The notes below the pieces were generated by a model, which saw only the letters and a list, made by a program, of their open reading frames with translations, did not search any database and had not been told where the DNA came from. Of a DNA stretch of 64,000 nt, positions 37,771-50,717 are shown piece by piece. A program made the translations under genes and the position numbers. This stretch comes from Lama guanicoe (Eukaryota), in the NCBI GenBank assembly GCA_013239625.1, contig MU054026.1, forward strand, positions 496,001-560,000, given 5' to 3'. The stretch's first letter is position 1. Every line of letters starts with the position of its first letter.

Positions 37771-39826
37771 ATTTTGTATTTTTAATATTTTCCATTTATT
37801 CCTTGTAACCAGAATGGATATTGTCCTTCCACTTTAACTAATTGCAACGAGATAACAAACCAGGATTAAGGTTAGGGATTGATGCATGGAATAGCTACCT
37901 ACATCTAAGAAGATTGAATTCTACATTTACTGTCACTGAATCGGCTACAGTAACATGCAGCTAGTGCAAAAATTCACTTTGTTTACATTGTTTGTGTCAC
38001 TTTAGATCATAAAGTTTTTATGTCACTGTTTAGTGACATACATTTTTTAAAAAATGTGTTATTCTCCTTGGTACCCAGCGTCATCCTAACGTCTCATATT
38101 CTTTGAACCTTGAACTCAAGAGGCTGGCCATAAGAATCAGGAGACCACTTACAATTTTAGTCTTCACTAAAGACGTAAGTTGACATCACATTTGAAATGG
38201 GACATCTACAGAGGAAACAGACTTTATTTCTTTTGCCTATTACAGGTTTTGTCACAGAAAAGTGGATTAATATAGTAACATTCCATTGTAAATGGACATT
38301 AATGAACGCTAAATTACCACCGAATTCCTATGGAACTGCATATAACAGCTACTTCCACATTTCAAAGATTTTTCCATGATTAATGTTATTGTAATGGATA
38401 CCAAGGAAATTAATAGCCATTTGTCACCTTAAAAAGAGTTGCCGATTAATTTTATGCTGTTTTTCTATTCTCATTTGTCATCAGAACAAGAACCGAGAAT
38501 TTTAATGTCTACTATGTGGCATGAATTAAAGAAGTAGCCATGCCACTCCGACCTTTTCAATATTCTAATCTTTGCTTCGCTGACCTCTCAGACCTCTTTC
38601 TGGCAACAGGCTTTTGAGAAGTGGGAGAGTTGAGCCTGCTGGGTAAGTGAACACAATGAAGAATCATTTTAAGATACATTTTCATAATTCACTGACTGTA
38701 TTGGAAATTCAAGTTTTCAGACTATTCATTATCTTGACAAACATTGTAATCTGTGCAGAATATGGCACCACATAAATCCATTCTGATGACAAAGAGTGTA
38801 ATGAGAATGGGAAACAGTGGTTACCCAAAGCAATCACTTCGCAATCTGGAAACTGGATAAAGCTAAGGTCCCATCAGGTTTCACAGCAGTTCTGTTTTGG
38901 CACTCTTAACAATTGTTTCCTACAGAAAACACAGCATGGCACCCCATCCAGACTCTCGTAATGGGAGTTGGGACACATTCATTTGGAAGATGGCCGCCAT
39001 CCAAGCAGAACATCAGTTTAATGAATTTGCTTTCTTTACTCTGTGTGGGGCAATGATTTGACATCACTGTCGATTTATATTGAGAATGATTCATGCCAAT
39101 TTTGAAGGGACATCAATATTTTCACGTATTAGTGTATCCATTCATCTATGTCATTTATCTATTCAATTACACAATAAATATTTATCAGAAAACTGGTGTG
39201 TGCATAGCATTGTGCTAGCTTAATGTAAGGGGTTTACAATAAAAGAATTGGATATGGAGGGACAGACACCAAGATTACAAATGGCTGAGAATAGAGTCCC
39301 CTCAGAATGAGTAGGTGCTGCTTACTTCTGGCAGAGATTTTGTTGGGGAAAATTATAAAAACTTATAATGATATGTCCAATTGTTTACAAAATTGTTAAA
39401 AATGCAAATGTTTCTTCATTCCTTCTTATATCCTTTAAACACCTTTCTCATACAGATCAGACATCTCTGTACTTCCAGGGACCAAATATCCCCTTATCGG
39501 CACACAGCTGCCCACGGTCCTCATCACTAGAGTGATCCTCCTCATATTCTTCAGAAAATTACAGCCTTGATCCCTCATTCTGCAGAGACTCTGGTCTCTG
39601 TACAGAGAGGACAGTGGCAGATCACTTTATTTCAGTCAAGGACTGAACTGATTAGAAGTTCAGTGTATAGGTCTTCAGATATTCTAAGTGAGAGCCCGCA
39701 AGGTGTATCAGGGTCCTTCTCCAACTTGAGAGGCCTTGAATACCATTTCTTTTCCTCCCCAACATCATAGGACTATTAAAAGTCTCCATTTCTCAGTCAT
39801 TTAGAAACTGCATTATGCTTGGCTTA

Positions 39827-40245
39827 TGTCTTAGGTTTGTTCTCTATTGACTGAGTGTCCTCAGAAGAAGATTGAGGAAAACAAGATAGAGCAAAAGATG
39901 AAAGCTAAGCAAGAAAAATGGTCTTGGACAAAGATAGGCTTATCTTGATCCCAAGGGAAGCTCTGTAGTACGAATTGAACCATAGAGATGGTCCCCTCTT
40001 AAGGCCAGGGGGCAGGTTTTCTATACCTACCATGTAAGTTAATTATCAGCCCCTGACTGTCCCTGGGGGTCAAGGATTAACCTTTTGAATGAGACAGCTC
40101 CAGTTTCCATTTAGCCAAGGAGGATTCTTTGGAGAAAGGGGGCAGCTGTGAACTGTCCCCAGCCAACACGAGCATTGGGTGGGGCTTTGAGCATCACCAG
40201 CTTAGTGAAAGGGATCTGGCTGGTGGCACCAAGAACTTCCAATAA
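39827..40245 (-). mobile_element. ERV-L 3' LTR (LTR16/LTR33-like)
   Basis: The minus strand ends AAACCTAAGACA and begins near GGTGCCACCAGCCAGATCCC. Confidence 0.6.
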
Positions 40246-42560
40246 AGTACACTCCTCGCACGATTTGGATTTCCTTGCTTGTCACATTAAGATCACTTTA
40301 TTCAAACACAGCTTCACCAGCATTGTGGTTTATTACAATTTATGGGAAAGCTTGTTTTGAAATAGAAGGGAGAGGTGTTTAGCGGGATTAAGTTGGTCCT
40401 GAGTTTGTAATTGATAAGTTGTAACTTACCTCTCTCCTTCATCACCCATTCAAGATCCCACGCCACCTTTTGGCTACCCCTTCTTCTGGTCTTCATGCCT
40501 TGCTTAGTAGGATGACCCAGGCCCTTGACACTGAGGCATCTTAATCTTTGGTTATCATGTTTTTATTGAACTATTGTTTCTGAACTTGCTCACTTGTAGT
40601 TACAATTGGGCATGAAATCATCATGGATCATCTGAGAGTCAAACGTATTCCTTCCTGCTCCCATTATGTGACACCAACTCTACTCTTATAATGATCAGGG
40701 TTAATTACCTCTGTCAGCAAGGGAACTCCTTTTTGTGCCTACTGACCATGTGGCATAAGGAACCCAAAATGAACAGGCAGAAACCATCATACAGGATTAG
40801 GGTAGATCCTAAATCCAATGGCAAGTACTCTTCTAAGAAAAGAGAAGGGAAGAATACAGAGAGGAAAAGGCAACGTGAAGATAGAGGCAGAGATTGAAGC
40901 AATATGTCTAAAAACCAAGGAATGCCAAAAATTGCCAGCAACCACCTAAAGCTAGGACAGAAGCATGGAACAGATTTTCCCTCAGAGCCTCCAGAAGGAA
41001 CTAGCCTTGCCAATGCCTTGACTTCATGCTTTTAGTCTCCAGAACTGTGAAAGAATAGATTTTCATTCTTATTGCTTTAAGTCACTGGTTTGTGTCAGCT
41101 TGTCATGGCAGCCCCAGGAAACATGGACAGTAGTGCTGGCTAAGGCACTGTGGGTAGAAAGGGTAAACCCATATCTACCATATGAGCAATGCCAGTAAAG
41201 ATAAAACATTACCCTTTCAAGAGACAAGGTGTCTAATATACTCAGCTTGCCACCAAGATACTGGTTGGTCTACTTGAAAGTTGGTATAATCCTGGTGACT
41301 CAGCATTGGCTTCTACTGTTGAGAGACTGGACATTTAGCAGTGACTGTGTCAGCCTTAGGGACAACATGCTATGGGCCATGCCTAGCTCCTATGTCTGTC
41401 ACTTTGGTTAATCTGGTCTTAACTCCATTGCACAAGCCCTTTGTCTGAAGAGAGAAGTTGACTGACACCTTCTGATGAGCACATCTTCTCCGGCTTGGTT
41501 GTTTGGAACTGTTCTGCAGCTGATAATCTCTGTTGGGCATTAATACGCAATACAAAATTCTCACACTTTGTGCCCACTCTCCTCAATCCAGTGTTTGCCT
41601 CCTTCTCAGACCTTCTTGTGCTTAGTTGTCTAAAATTGCAACTTCAAGACTTCTGACCAGAGAGGAAAGTCATTTACCACTTCACAAAAGGACAGGCATT
41701 TCCTTATTTTGGGCCACGTCACTTTTTACAAAAAGTGAATGACAAACTGCTCCCCCCCGATCTCTGCCATTGAGAAGGTTTCCCTTTGCCACTCTCTTTC
41801 AAAGACACTCCTGAGTGTGGCTGAAGTGAGACAGCAGTCTGTTTTTTGTACCAAGCCGATTCATCCATGAACAAGCTTGTGTTTCTTCCTCCTCCATCAG
41901 CTGTTCATAGGGAATGTCTCATGAGACTGTATCAGCCCTCAGGACCTGCCCAAGCCTCACTTCTGATGTACCATTTCTACTTTACGAGTTGCTGCTGGGC
42001 CTATGTGAACTTATGACTTGGTGCATCTAACAGTATGAGTTTTATGGTGGGCAGTTCTGTTCTCAGGGTTACTTGATGCTCTATAGTTAGATGTTTAGTT
42101 TCTATCAGTGCCAAGTAACATGCCAGACCTACTTTTTGAATGGTGTCTAGTTCTCTGCTAAGGTTGGTATGATGTTACTCCAGAAACCATGAGGTTTTTG
42201 CTTTGAATTTCCTATTAGAACTAAAGCTAGAGTCGCACATGTCTTTTTTTACCCCTCTAATACAGATAGATTTTCTCTTTCTTTGGGCCCCACAAAACTG
42301 TACAGTCTTCAGTCTCACCGATGAATGGGATTGAACAGTATTCCCAAGTGTGGGATATGCTGTCTAAAACACAGAGACCCACCAAGCACTTTGTTTCTTT
42401 CTTAGTGGTAGGAATTGCAAGGTGCAATAACTCGGTCATTCCTTTTAGGGGATATTTCAAGATGCTCTGGATCCCTAAGCCCTAAAAACTTCACCAATGT
42501 GGCAAGTTCCTGAATCTTTGTGTGGCTTCCCTCACTCTCTAGAGTGCATGTGTATTATCA
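40246..42560 (-). mobile_element. Degenerate ERV-L internal region including a pol remnant
   Basis: ORF 42257-42460 LLHLAIPTTKKETKCLVGL resembles the ERV-L pol motif LLHLAPPTTKKEAQxLVGLFG; contiguous with the LTR. Confidence 0.7.
40790..41129 (+). mobile_element. MaLR LTR (MLT1B/C-like) nested in the ERV-L internal region
   Basis: GGATTAGGGTAGATCCTAAATCCAATG...CCCTCAGAGCCTCCAGAAGGAAC...CTCCAGAACTGTGA...GGCAGCCCCAGGAAAC. Confidence 0.85.
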
Positions 42561-43089
42561 AGGCATGCCAAATCCTTAAGCGTGTTGTGTTTTATATCCA
42601 TGGCTGATAATATAACACATGTCGACGAGATTCAGAGATCTATTCCACTGTCCAGTTCTTCCATACATCTTTATTATACTATAATTCTGCCCATAATGTG
42701 ATGCAGTTTAAATTCCAACTTTGTCACATGTACTAATGTACTTTTAAAATATTGAATATTAAAGATTTTCAAAGGTAGTTGTAAAATGGAGTATTTTGTG
42801 CCATTTCATAGCTTCCTCTCATTTATGAGTGAGCCATATGCCAGCAGGATATAGATGTTAAAGAATGTTCTGGATATATCTGTAATTCCAAGAAGGCAGG
42901 TTATAGAAAAATTACTCCTGTAGTTTATATACATGACAATGGTAAATGGAGAAACCTAGCTTCAGAATTTTACTCAAGAATAAATTATATCTTATATATT
43001 CCCCAAACTCAAAGAATAAAAATAAATTAAATAAAAAACCTCAAAGTGTCCCCTCTCCACCACCAAATATTTTTTAAATAATTATTTTT

Positions 43090-43690
43090 ATTTAAAAGTT
43101 AATATAGAAAGCTCAGTTGGGCAGAGGTAGAAATAACAGTATAATAAACCACCACATAACCATTCAGCTTCAGAAATTATAAACTCATGAGAGTGTTGTT
43201 TCATTAATACCTCCATCCCATCACCTCCATTGAGAATTTTTTGATGCCAACCCAGAAACCAAATTATTTCATCTGTAAACAATTTCGGTATATTTCTAAA
43301 AGGTAGTACTTTAAACATAACCCCAATTGCATTGTCACAAGAAAAATTAATTTCTTAATATCATCAAATACTTAGTCATTGTTTAGATGTCAAATTTTCT
43401 GATAAATACCATTTTTAAACAAATTTTATGACTTAGATGGGTCTGAAAAATTCTTTACTTTGTTGAAAGAACCAGGTCATTTGTCCTGCAGGGTTTTCCA
43501 GAGTCTGGATTTTGATGATTGCATCCCCTATGCTGTTACTGCGCATTTTCCTCCAGTATGCCTATAAATTGTATTTCCTATAAATTGGATGTGAATTTGG
43601 TGGTTTAATCAGACCACGGTAGTGTCTTTGGCAATGCTACTTGATAAATGTTAGTGTGTCTTTCCATTATTAGGTAATTACTCTCTGGTT
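43090..43690 (-). mobile_element. Old LINE-1 (L1MC-like) 3' region
   Basis: ATTATTTCATCTGTAAACAATTTC...GAACCAGGTCATTTGTCCTGCAG...CTGGATTTTG; interrupted by the younger L1 at 43698. Confidence 0.6.
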
Positions 43691-43697
43691 GCCTCTC

Positions 43698-45432
43698 TCT
43701 CTCTCTTTTTTTTTTCAGTTTTTCTTTATTTTTTAATTTTACTTTTTAATGAAGTGTGGCTGATTTAAAAGGTTAGTTTCAGGAGTACAGCAAAGTGATT
43801 CAGTTACACATATACATAAATATATACACATGTATATATATACATATATTTTCAAATTATTTTCCATTAGAGCTTATTACAAGAAATTGAATGTAGTTCC
43901 CTGTGCTGTACAGCAGGTCCTTGTTGTTTATCTATTTTATATGTAGTAGTGCATATCTGTTAATTCCAACCCCCTAATTTATCCCTCCCTCTTTTTCCAC
44001 TTTGGTGACCATAGTTTGTTTTTTTTATGTCCATGAGTCTATTTCTGGTTTGTAAATAAAATCTGTATCTTTTGTTAGATTTCACATATAAGGGATATCA
44101 TATGATATTTGTCTTTCTCTGTTTTACTTCTGTTAGATGATAATCTCTAGATCCATCCATGCTGCTGCAAATAGCATTATTTCATTCTTTTTATGACTGA
44201 GTAATATTCCATATCCAGTCATCTGTTGATGGACATTTAAGTGGTTTCCGTGTCTTGGCTGTTGTAAATAGTGCTGCTATGAACATTGGAGTGCATGTGT
44301 CTTTTTGAATTATAGTTTTCTCTGGATATATGCTCTGGAGTGGGATTGCTGGATCATATGGTAAGTCTAATTTTAGTTTTTTAAGGAATCTCCATACTGT
44401 ATTCCATAGTGGCTATGCCAATGTACATCCCCACCAAAAATGAAAGAGGGTTCCCTTTTCTCCACACCCTCTCCAGTGTTTGTTGTTAGTGGACTTTTGA
44501 ACGATGGCCATTCAGACTGGTGTGAGATGATATCACAATTGATATCATAATTGAAATTTTGCTTTGCATTTCTCTAATTAGTAGTGATATTAAGCATGTT
44601 TTCATGTGTCTGTTTGCCATCTAGATGTCTTCATTGGAGGAATGCATATTCATGTCTTCTGCCCATTTTTGATTGGTTTGCTTTTTTAAAATATTAAGCT
44701 GTATGAGCTGTTTGTGTATTTTGGAAATCGATCCCTTGTTGGTCACATCATTTGCAAATATTTTCTCCTATTCTGTGGGTTGTCTTTTCATTTTGCTTAT
44801 GGCTTCCTTTGCTGTGCAAAAGCTTGTAAGTTTCATTAGGTCCCATTTGTTTATTGTTGCTTTTATTTCCGTTACCTCTAGGAGCTGGTTTGAAAAAAAA
44901 ATGTTGCTGAAATTTATGTCACAGAGCATCGTGCTTACGTTTTCCTCTAGAAGTGCCCCAGTATCCAGTCTTACATTTAGGTCTTTAATCCATTTTGAGT
45001 TTATTTTTGTTTATGGCGTTAGAGAGTGTTCTAATGTCATTCTTTGACATGTAGCTGTCCAGTTTCCCCAGCACCACTTATTGAAAAGACTGTCTTTTCT
45101 CCTTTATATATTCTCACCTCCTTTGTCATAGATTAATTGACCATAAGTGCATGAGTTTATTTATGGATTTTCTATCTTATTCCATTGATCTGTGTATCTG
45201 TTTTTGTGCCAGTACCATACTGTTTTGATTACTGAAGCTTTGTATTGTAGTCTGAAGTCAGGGAGCATGATTGCCCCAGCTGCATTCTTCTTTCTCAAGA
45301 TCGTTCTGACTATTTGGGGTCTTTTGTGTTTCCATTCAAATTTGAACACTTTTTGTTCCAGTTTTGTGAAAAATGTCATTGATAATTTGGTAGGAATTGC
45401 ATTGAATCTGTGTATTGCCTTGGGTAGTATGA
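43698..45432 (-). mobile_element. 5'-truncated LINE-1 (about 1.7 kb)
   Basis: ORF 45161-45379 (FFTKLEQ...[29 protein letters not shown]) is ORF2; TSD GGTTG(C/T)CTCTC at 43687 and 45433. Confidence 0.92.
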
Positions 45433-48400
45433 GGTTGTCTCTCAGTAGCTGTTGATGGTCAATGATTAGATCTTTTATTTCACTAAAAGTTGCAAATTAG
45501 GGCTGATCTAGATTTGTATTTTTCTACATCTAAAATTAGATGTGGGTATGGGTGTATGTTAAGATGTATTTCTGAAGTACAGCTATACATAGAAGTTTTA
45601 GAAACCAAATGGTATAATTTGTATAAGAAATGCAGGATAAATGCAAAATGTTACATTTTACAAATGAGCCATAAAGATAAAAACATACTCTGGAATGCCA
45701 TAAAAAAGGCACTCTAGGAAATATCCCCAGATGGTTAATATTGTCCTCATACTCAAAGTCCTTTGAGATCCTTTACACCAGAACTGTAATTACCTGTGTT
45801 CCCAATACTTTAAAAAATATTTGTAAAGTTTTCTATCCAGGAGCATTGTCTATTTGACAGCTCACTGATGATTCAAACCCTCTATTCATAGAAATATCCT
45901 TTACTCTGCTATCCTAGAAAAGATGGAGGTTGAGTTAATATTGCATATCAAACAAACCCTTTGACTTTCGATTTTGGGGTGTCGTCATAATGGTCACCAG
46001 CAAAGCTGCAGAAAAATGAAACCTTGAATGAGGAAGATGACTGAAGTATAACCCAGCCCATGGATGAAACCCCAGGGTGTATACAGTAGGCCCTAACATA
46101 CCCCTGAGGAAGAAACCCAGTGTGAAAACCTTTGATTTTTGTCCGATCCACTCAGTAAAACCTAGAAAGACAATGCTGTCCTGGAGAGGGAACCTCTTCC
46201 TCTTGTTCTCAGAAGCTAGCTGGTGGCAGAGTTGAAAGAGATCTTTTAGAAATCCACTGTGTACACTTTTTGGCTTTGTGACAAAAATTCTTCCGAAGTG
46301 ACCCTCCCTAATGCCTCAATTAGTCAAATCTAGTGAACGTGACTGGAGATTTTTTTGCCAATTAAAACTCTTGCCAAGACACAGTGTTCTATTTTTGAAC
46401 GTGAATTCTTATTCACTTTGTGAAGACTAGGTCATCGACGGAGAGAAAGGGTGAGAGATTATACTGAATCTATCAGTACTTAAAGCAAGATGTCTCAAGT
46501 TCCAAGGAGAACAATGGGCTGGCTTTCAAGGACATTCCCTGTAATTGTGAGTCACACTGAGGCTACAAAGAGATTGGCAGTGAGTCAATTTGAACAGAAA
46601 GGAGTCTGCTAGAATTTTTATCTAGGGGCTGACACTTTAGGACAGAGGGGTAAAAAAATATACAATTGTATTTGTTCTTGTTACATGCAGAGCTGTTCAA
46701 CATATGGTTTGATTTGTAATTGTGCAAATTCAGGAATGGGCAGAAAGAGGGAAAATAGAGGTGGAAAGTGAGGGAACTACAATTGTTGCTGGAAACAGGC
46801 CCAACTGTGTGGTATCTGGGCAGCAGGCGTGATTTAGAGGGAGCAATTCAGAATCATCTTATGTGTATGCAGGCAATCATGTAAGCATCGTAACAGCTAT
46901 GAGAGATAGATAAGGCAGGTGAGGTGGTCCAGAGATAAGTTTGTTAGCTTTTGTAAGACTGATTTATTCATTCAGGAAGGTGGGTTGGTTGAAGCAGAGG
47001 GAGAAGCCAGGCCTCCTGTTCATGAGCCAGCAGCCTTCCATCCATACCACAGAGTCTCATTCATCACACCCATGATGGGGCCGCCTTCAGCAGAACCTTC
47101 AGTGGAAATTTGCTTGAAGGCGTCCATCACTCTGATGGTTGGAACATAAACGTGATTTTGGGGAAAGGATTTTAGTTGCCTTCAATAATTTGCGGTTAAT
47201 GAGTTGTCTTAAGGGTTTTATGGGTCCCTCTCCCACTTACTGGCTTGCATGGTAGTGGTTCCCCTCCCATGAAGAGGCTTTTCTCATTTGAACTCTTTTT
47301 ATGAATAGAGAGCTCTTTCATTTTTCACAGCCGATTTCCTTTTATTGTCTTTATTGCAATTTAACAGGGAGACAAATGACACCACAAACAAGAGACGAGG
47401 GAGACTTCCCCTGCCTTCCCTTTATGTGTATTTATTAACCTTTGATCATCCTTTAGCTCAGGTTGTGGGATGTAGACCTTTAGTTCAGGTCATAAACAAA
47501 TTGCCGTATCTGAGGTTTTGTCAAAGGAAAAACTCTCTAATGGGGCAGATTAGTCCCTAAAACAATACTTGTTTTCTAAAATTGTGTCTGAAGTATAATG
47601 ACTAGTAACAGCAATTGTAATAGTAAAAATTGTAACCCTAAGAATAGAGGTAAATGGACAGAAGAAGACATTTCATGTCAACTATATGGTAGGCATTCTA
47701 AATTTTTCTATGATAAAAATTATACATAAATGTATTTTTATGATAAAAGTTTTAAGAGATAAGAGGATAAAGGTAATAATTATCTCTATTTTCCTCCTCT
47801 CCCTAAAACCACCGACCTCAGAAGAGGCTTCATTACATTTGATCTACATACACATATATTCTGTTTTAGTATATATGGGTTCAAAACTTCAGTCCACGTA
47901 TTATTCAATGGCATTCTGTTTTACTTAACATGTTTCAAAATGTTTATCAGCATCATTCTGTAAAATCTTTTTTAGCAACGTTTCCCTTTTGATAGAAACT
48001 TGTTGTTGCTACTACAGCTAAAGCTGCAAAAATTTCTTCATAGGATGCACTTCTAGAATTGGACTTCCCAAGCTGAAAGAGCTGTGTGTTTTATAACTTG
48101 GTGGATACCAACAAATTCCTTCCGGGAGCTGGACCACTCCACGTGACTATCGTGTTGTGAGCATGAGGGTGAATCAGGGCCCTTTTTTGCATGTTATTTA
48201 TTTTAATCCTCAGAATAACCCTGATGAAAAAGAACTTTACTCCTTACTGTCATCAGCTGAGAATAATGAGCTTCAGAAATACTAAATAAACTTGTGTGAG
48301 GTTATACAGTTACACTGTGGAAGATGAAGTTTATCCATCACCAAGGTCCAAGCTCGTCCCATATCCAGCTTGGTTTTACATCTTGTGGAAGTGTATCTCC

Positions 48401-48599
48401 TCTTTAGCTCCATTTCCCATTTCTGTAAGATGAAGTGTTTGGATTAGGTAATTTTAGGAACCCCTTTAACTTTAAGTGTATCATTTTATTAATAGTGTGG
48501 GCATCATTTTGGCTAGATTTTGATCTTGTTTCTTCAACTTGGACTTTCAGAGGGAGAAAGGATTTGAACTAGGGTTAACCTAAATGGTAATGCTCAGCA

Positions 48600-48820
48600 T
48601 GAGTAAACCTGTTAGGCACTTCTTGTGTGCCGAGCGCTATCCACCCTTCTGAGTGTTTACCATTCATAATTTCACTCTGTCCTCACTGCATGCCAGTGAG
48701 GGATATATTGTTATTGTCTGAATTTTGCACATGAGAAAAATGGCAGGGAGGGAAAGTAACTTGTCCAAGATCGCACGGAGCATAGTGAGCGAGGCGAGGC
48801 TGCCACATTTGAGACTCGGC
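48600..48820 (-). mobile_element. MIR SINE (further MIR fragments at about 48180-48470)
   Basis: TTTTGCACATGAGAAAA...AAGTAACTTGTCCAAGATCGCAC. Confidence 0.65.
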
Positions 48821-49278
48821 TTGGAAGGTTTTGCTTCCTTGTTTGTTTTTGTGGCAGGAGAAGGGGAATTTGGGGATGGGGAATAAAGCAATTCTTTCTA
48901 GCAAGACTAAGAAAGGAAGGGTCAAAAACAATAAATTTTCTAGACAAATAAAATGTGTCCTCTGTAGGCTCAAAAGTTAAAACTTCAGCAATCGAAATAA
49001 AATATCCCTTAGAACTCGTTACATTCTTCTGTTTACCTTTAACTTACCCTTTTCTTGAGACACCATCATTTTATAAGCATTTTTCCTTTAGTAGATTCCT
49101 GCTCTTGAAAGTAATTTAACTGAGATATCCATTTTTCCCTTTCTCTGGATGATTTAGAATTGCCATCATTTAGAAAATTTGAGGGTTTTTAATTTTTTTA
49201 ATGTTTCTCTTGCTTCAGTGTCAAGTGTCTGGACTGTGGAGAAGGTATGGCCGAGGGGAGAGCTTGCGCATCTTGGAC

Positions 49279-49406
49279 AGGCAACAATATAACTCATCAT
49301 CCAAACCAGGACACTCTTTAGAGTGAAATGGGACACTATTTATAATTATCAGGGCAACAGGAATAAAATACAACCACCCCATTTCAACTGGGATCTGTGG
49401 TCACTT
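49279..49406 (+). mobile_element. MER94-like hAT DNA transposon
   Basis: ATATAACTCATCATCCAAACCAGGACACTCTTTAGAGTGAAA...TGGTCAC. Confidence 0.7.
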
Positions 49407-49409
49407 TGG

Positions 49410-49575
49410 ATCAGGTCTAAATTCTGGCCGAGTTACTTGCTCGTTAAGGAATTTTAGCCACAAAAAGTTACTGTTTCTCTGAACCCCAGTTTCCTCACTT
49501 GCAAACTGGGCACAGTAGTGCCAAATGGCGGTAAGGATTAGAGAACATTGATGTAAAATTCTTGGCACTTAGTAG
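49410..49575 (+). mobile_element. MIR SINE
   Basis: CTCTGAACCCCAGTTTCCTCACTTGCAAACTGGG...CTTGGCACTTAGTAGG. Confidence 0.65.
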
Positions 49576-50625
49576 GGTGGTAGGTCCCCTATGATGGTAG
49601 CTGCCTCACAGGCTCGTTGAGAGAAACGAAAGTCAGGGGCTCAGTGGGGCGCCCGTCACACAGTGACCGCGCATTGCCTGGCCACGTGATTGCTGTTTGG
49701 GGTGCTGTGGTCTCCCTGTCTGTGTCTACAACTAGCTACTCCCTCCTGCCCCTTCTTCTTACCTAGTATTTCTAATCTGGGGAGAAAAAAAGATAATTAG
49801 TTGAGTATTCTGGGAAACTCTCACTTCTGAGTAAGTTGCATATGTGTGTACATATGTATATATATATGTACACACATATACATGCACATACACATATATA
49901 TTACTGTACAAGTTTTCATCTTAACTGCTTAAAATATCACTTTGACGATGTCTATGACCTGAACAATAAATGCTATTGATAATTGACCGCTGTACAAGTA
50001 ATGCTTTTTGGTGATTCTGTGTGTTGCAATATCATAGGTTGATCAGTGCTTTTTAGGGATTAGGGTAGTTTAGTTCAATAAAATTTAATTTCCCACCAAT
50101 TTGCAAGGAGGGACAGGTCCTCCCCAAAGTAAAGTGGAGTGTAATGGAGCTTTCATAGCATCTGACAATTAGGTAAAATCTTCCGGATCGTGAAGGGTTG
50201 AAAAACCTAAATTCTTGCTTCCTAGGAAAACAAGATGTGTTTATAATGATTAAGATTGCATTATGATTAATTTTTATATAAGGGCAAAGAATTATGGGAA
50301 TATAGAATATGCTTATAGTATCAAAAGGACATGAAGGATGAATTAAATGCTATTGTAATTTTTCCTTGTAGTGTAAAATCATATCATAAAAGGGTTATTT
50401 TCTGTCTTCTCTACTAAAATAGAAGCAGAGGTCACATCTGTTTCACTACTGTATCCCTAGCATCCGAAGCAGGTTTTGCATATAGTAGATTCTCAATGTA
50501 CAATTTTAAAAAATTGTCGAATGAATGCAAAGTGACAACACAATTAAAGAATAATTCATTACATTCATTAAGTATTCATTCTCCTCAACAGCTGTGTGAG
50601 AATGTGCACTGGCTAAAATGTTGTT

Positions 50626-50717
50626 GTTGTGTTTTTATTTTTAACATTTTTTATTGATTTATAATTATTTTACAATGTTGTGCCAAATTCCAGTGTAGAG
50701 AACAATTTTTCAGTTAT
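50626..50717 (-). mobile_element. Young, very short LINE-1 3' end
   Basis: Same terminus as 33930 (TTATTGATTTATAA); perfect 12-bp TSD TAAAATGTTGTT (50614-50625, 50718-50729). Confidence 0.9.

Noticed and set aside
44673..45047. 124-aa hydrophobic ORF resembling a membrane protein
   Set aside because: It is the antisense frame of L1 ORF2; the same applies to 45192-45455 and to the T-rich frames at 26756 and 31846.
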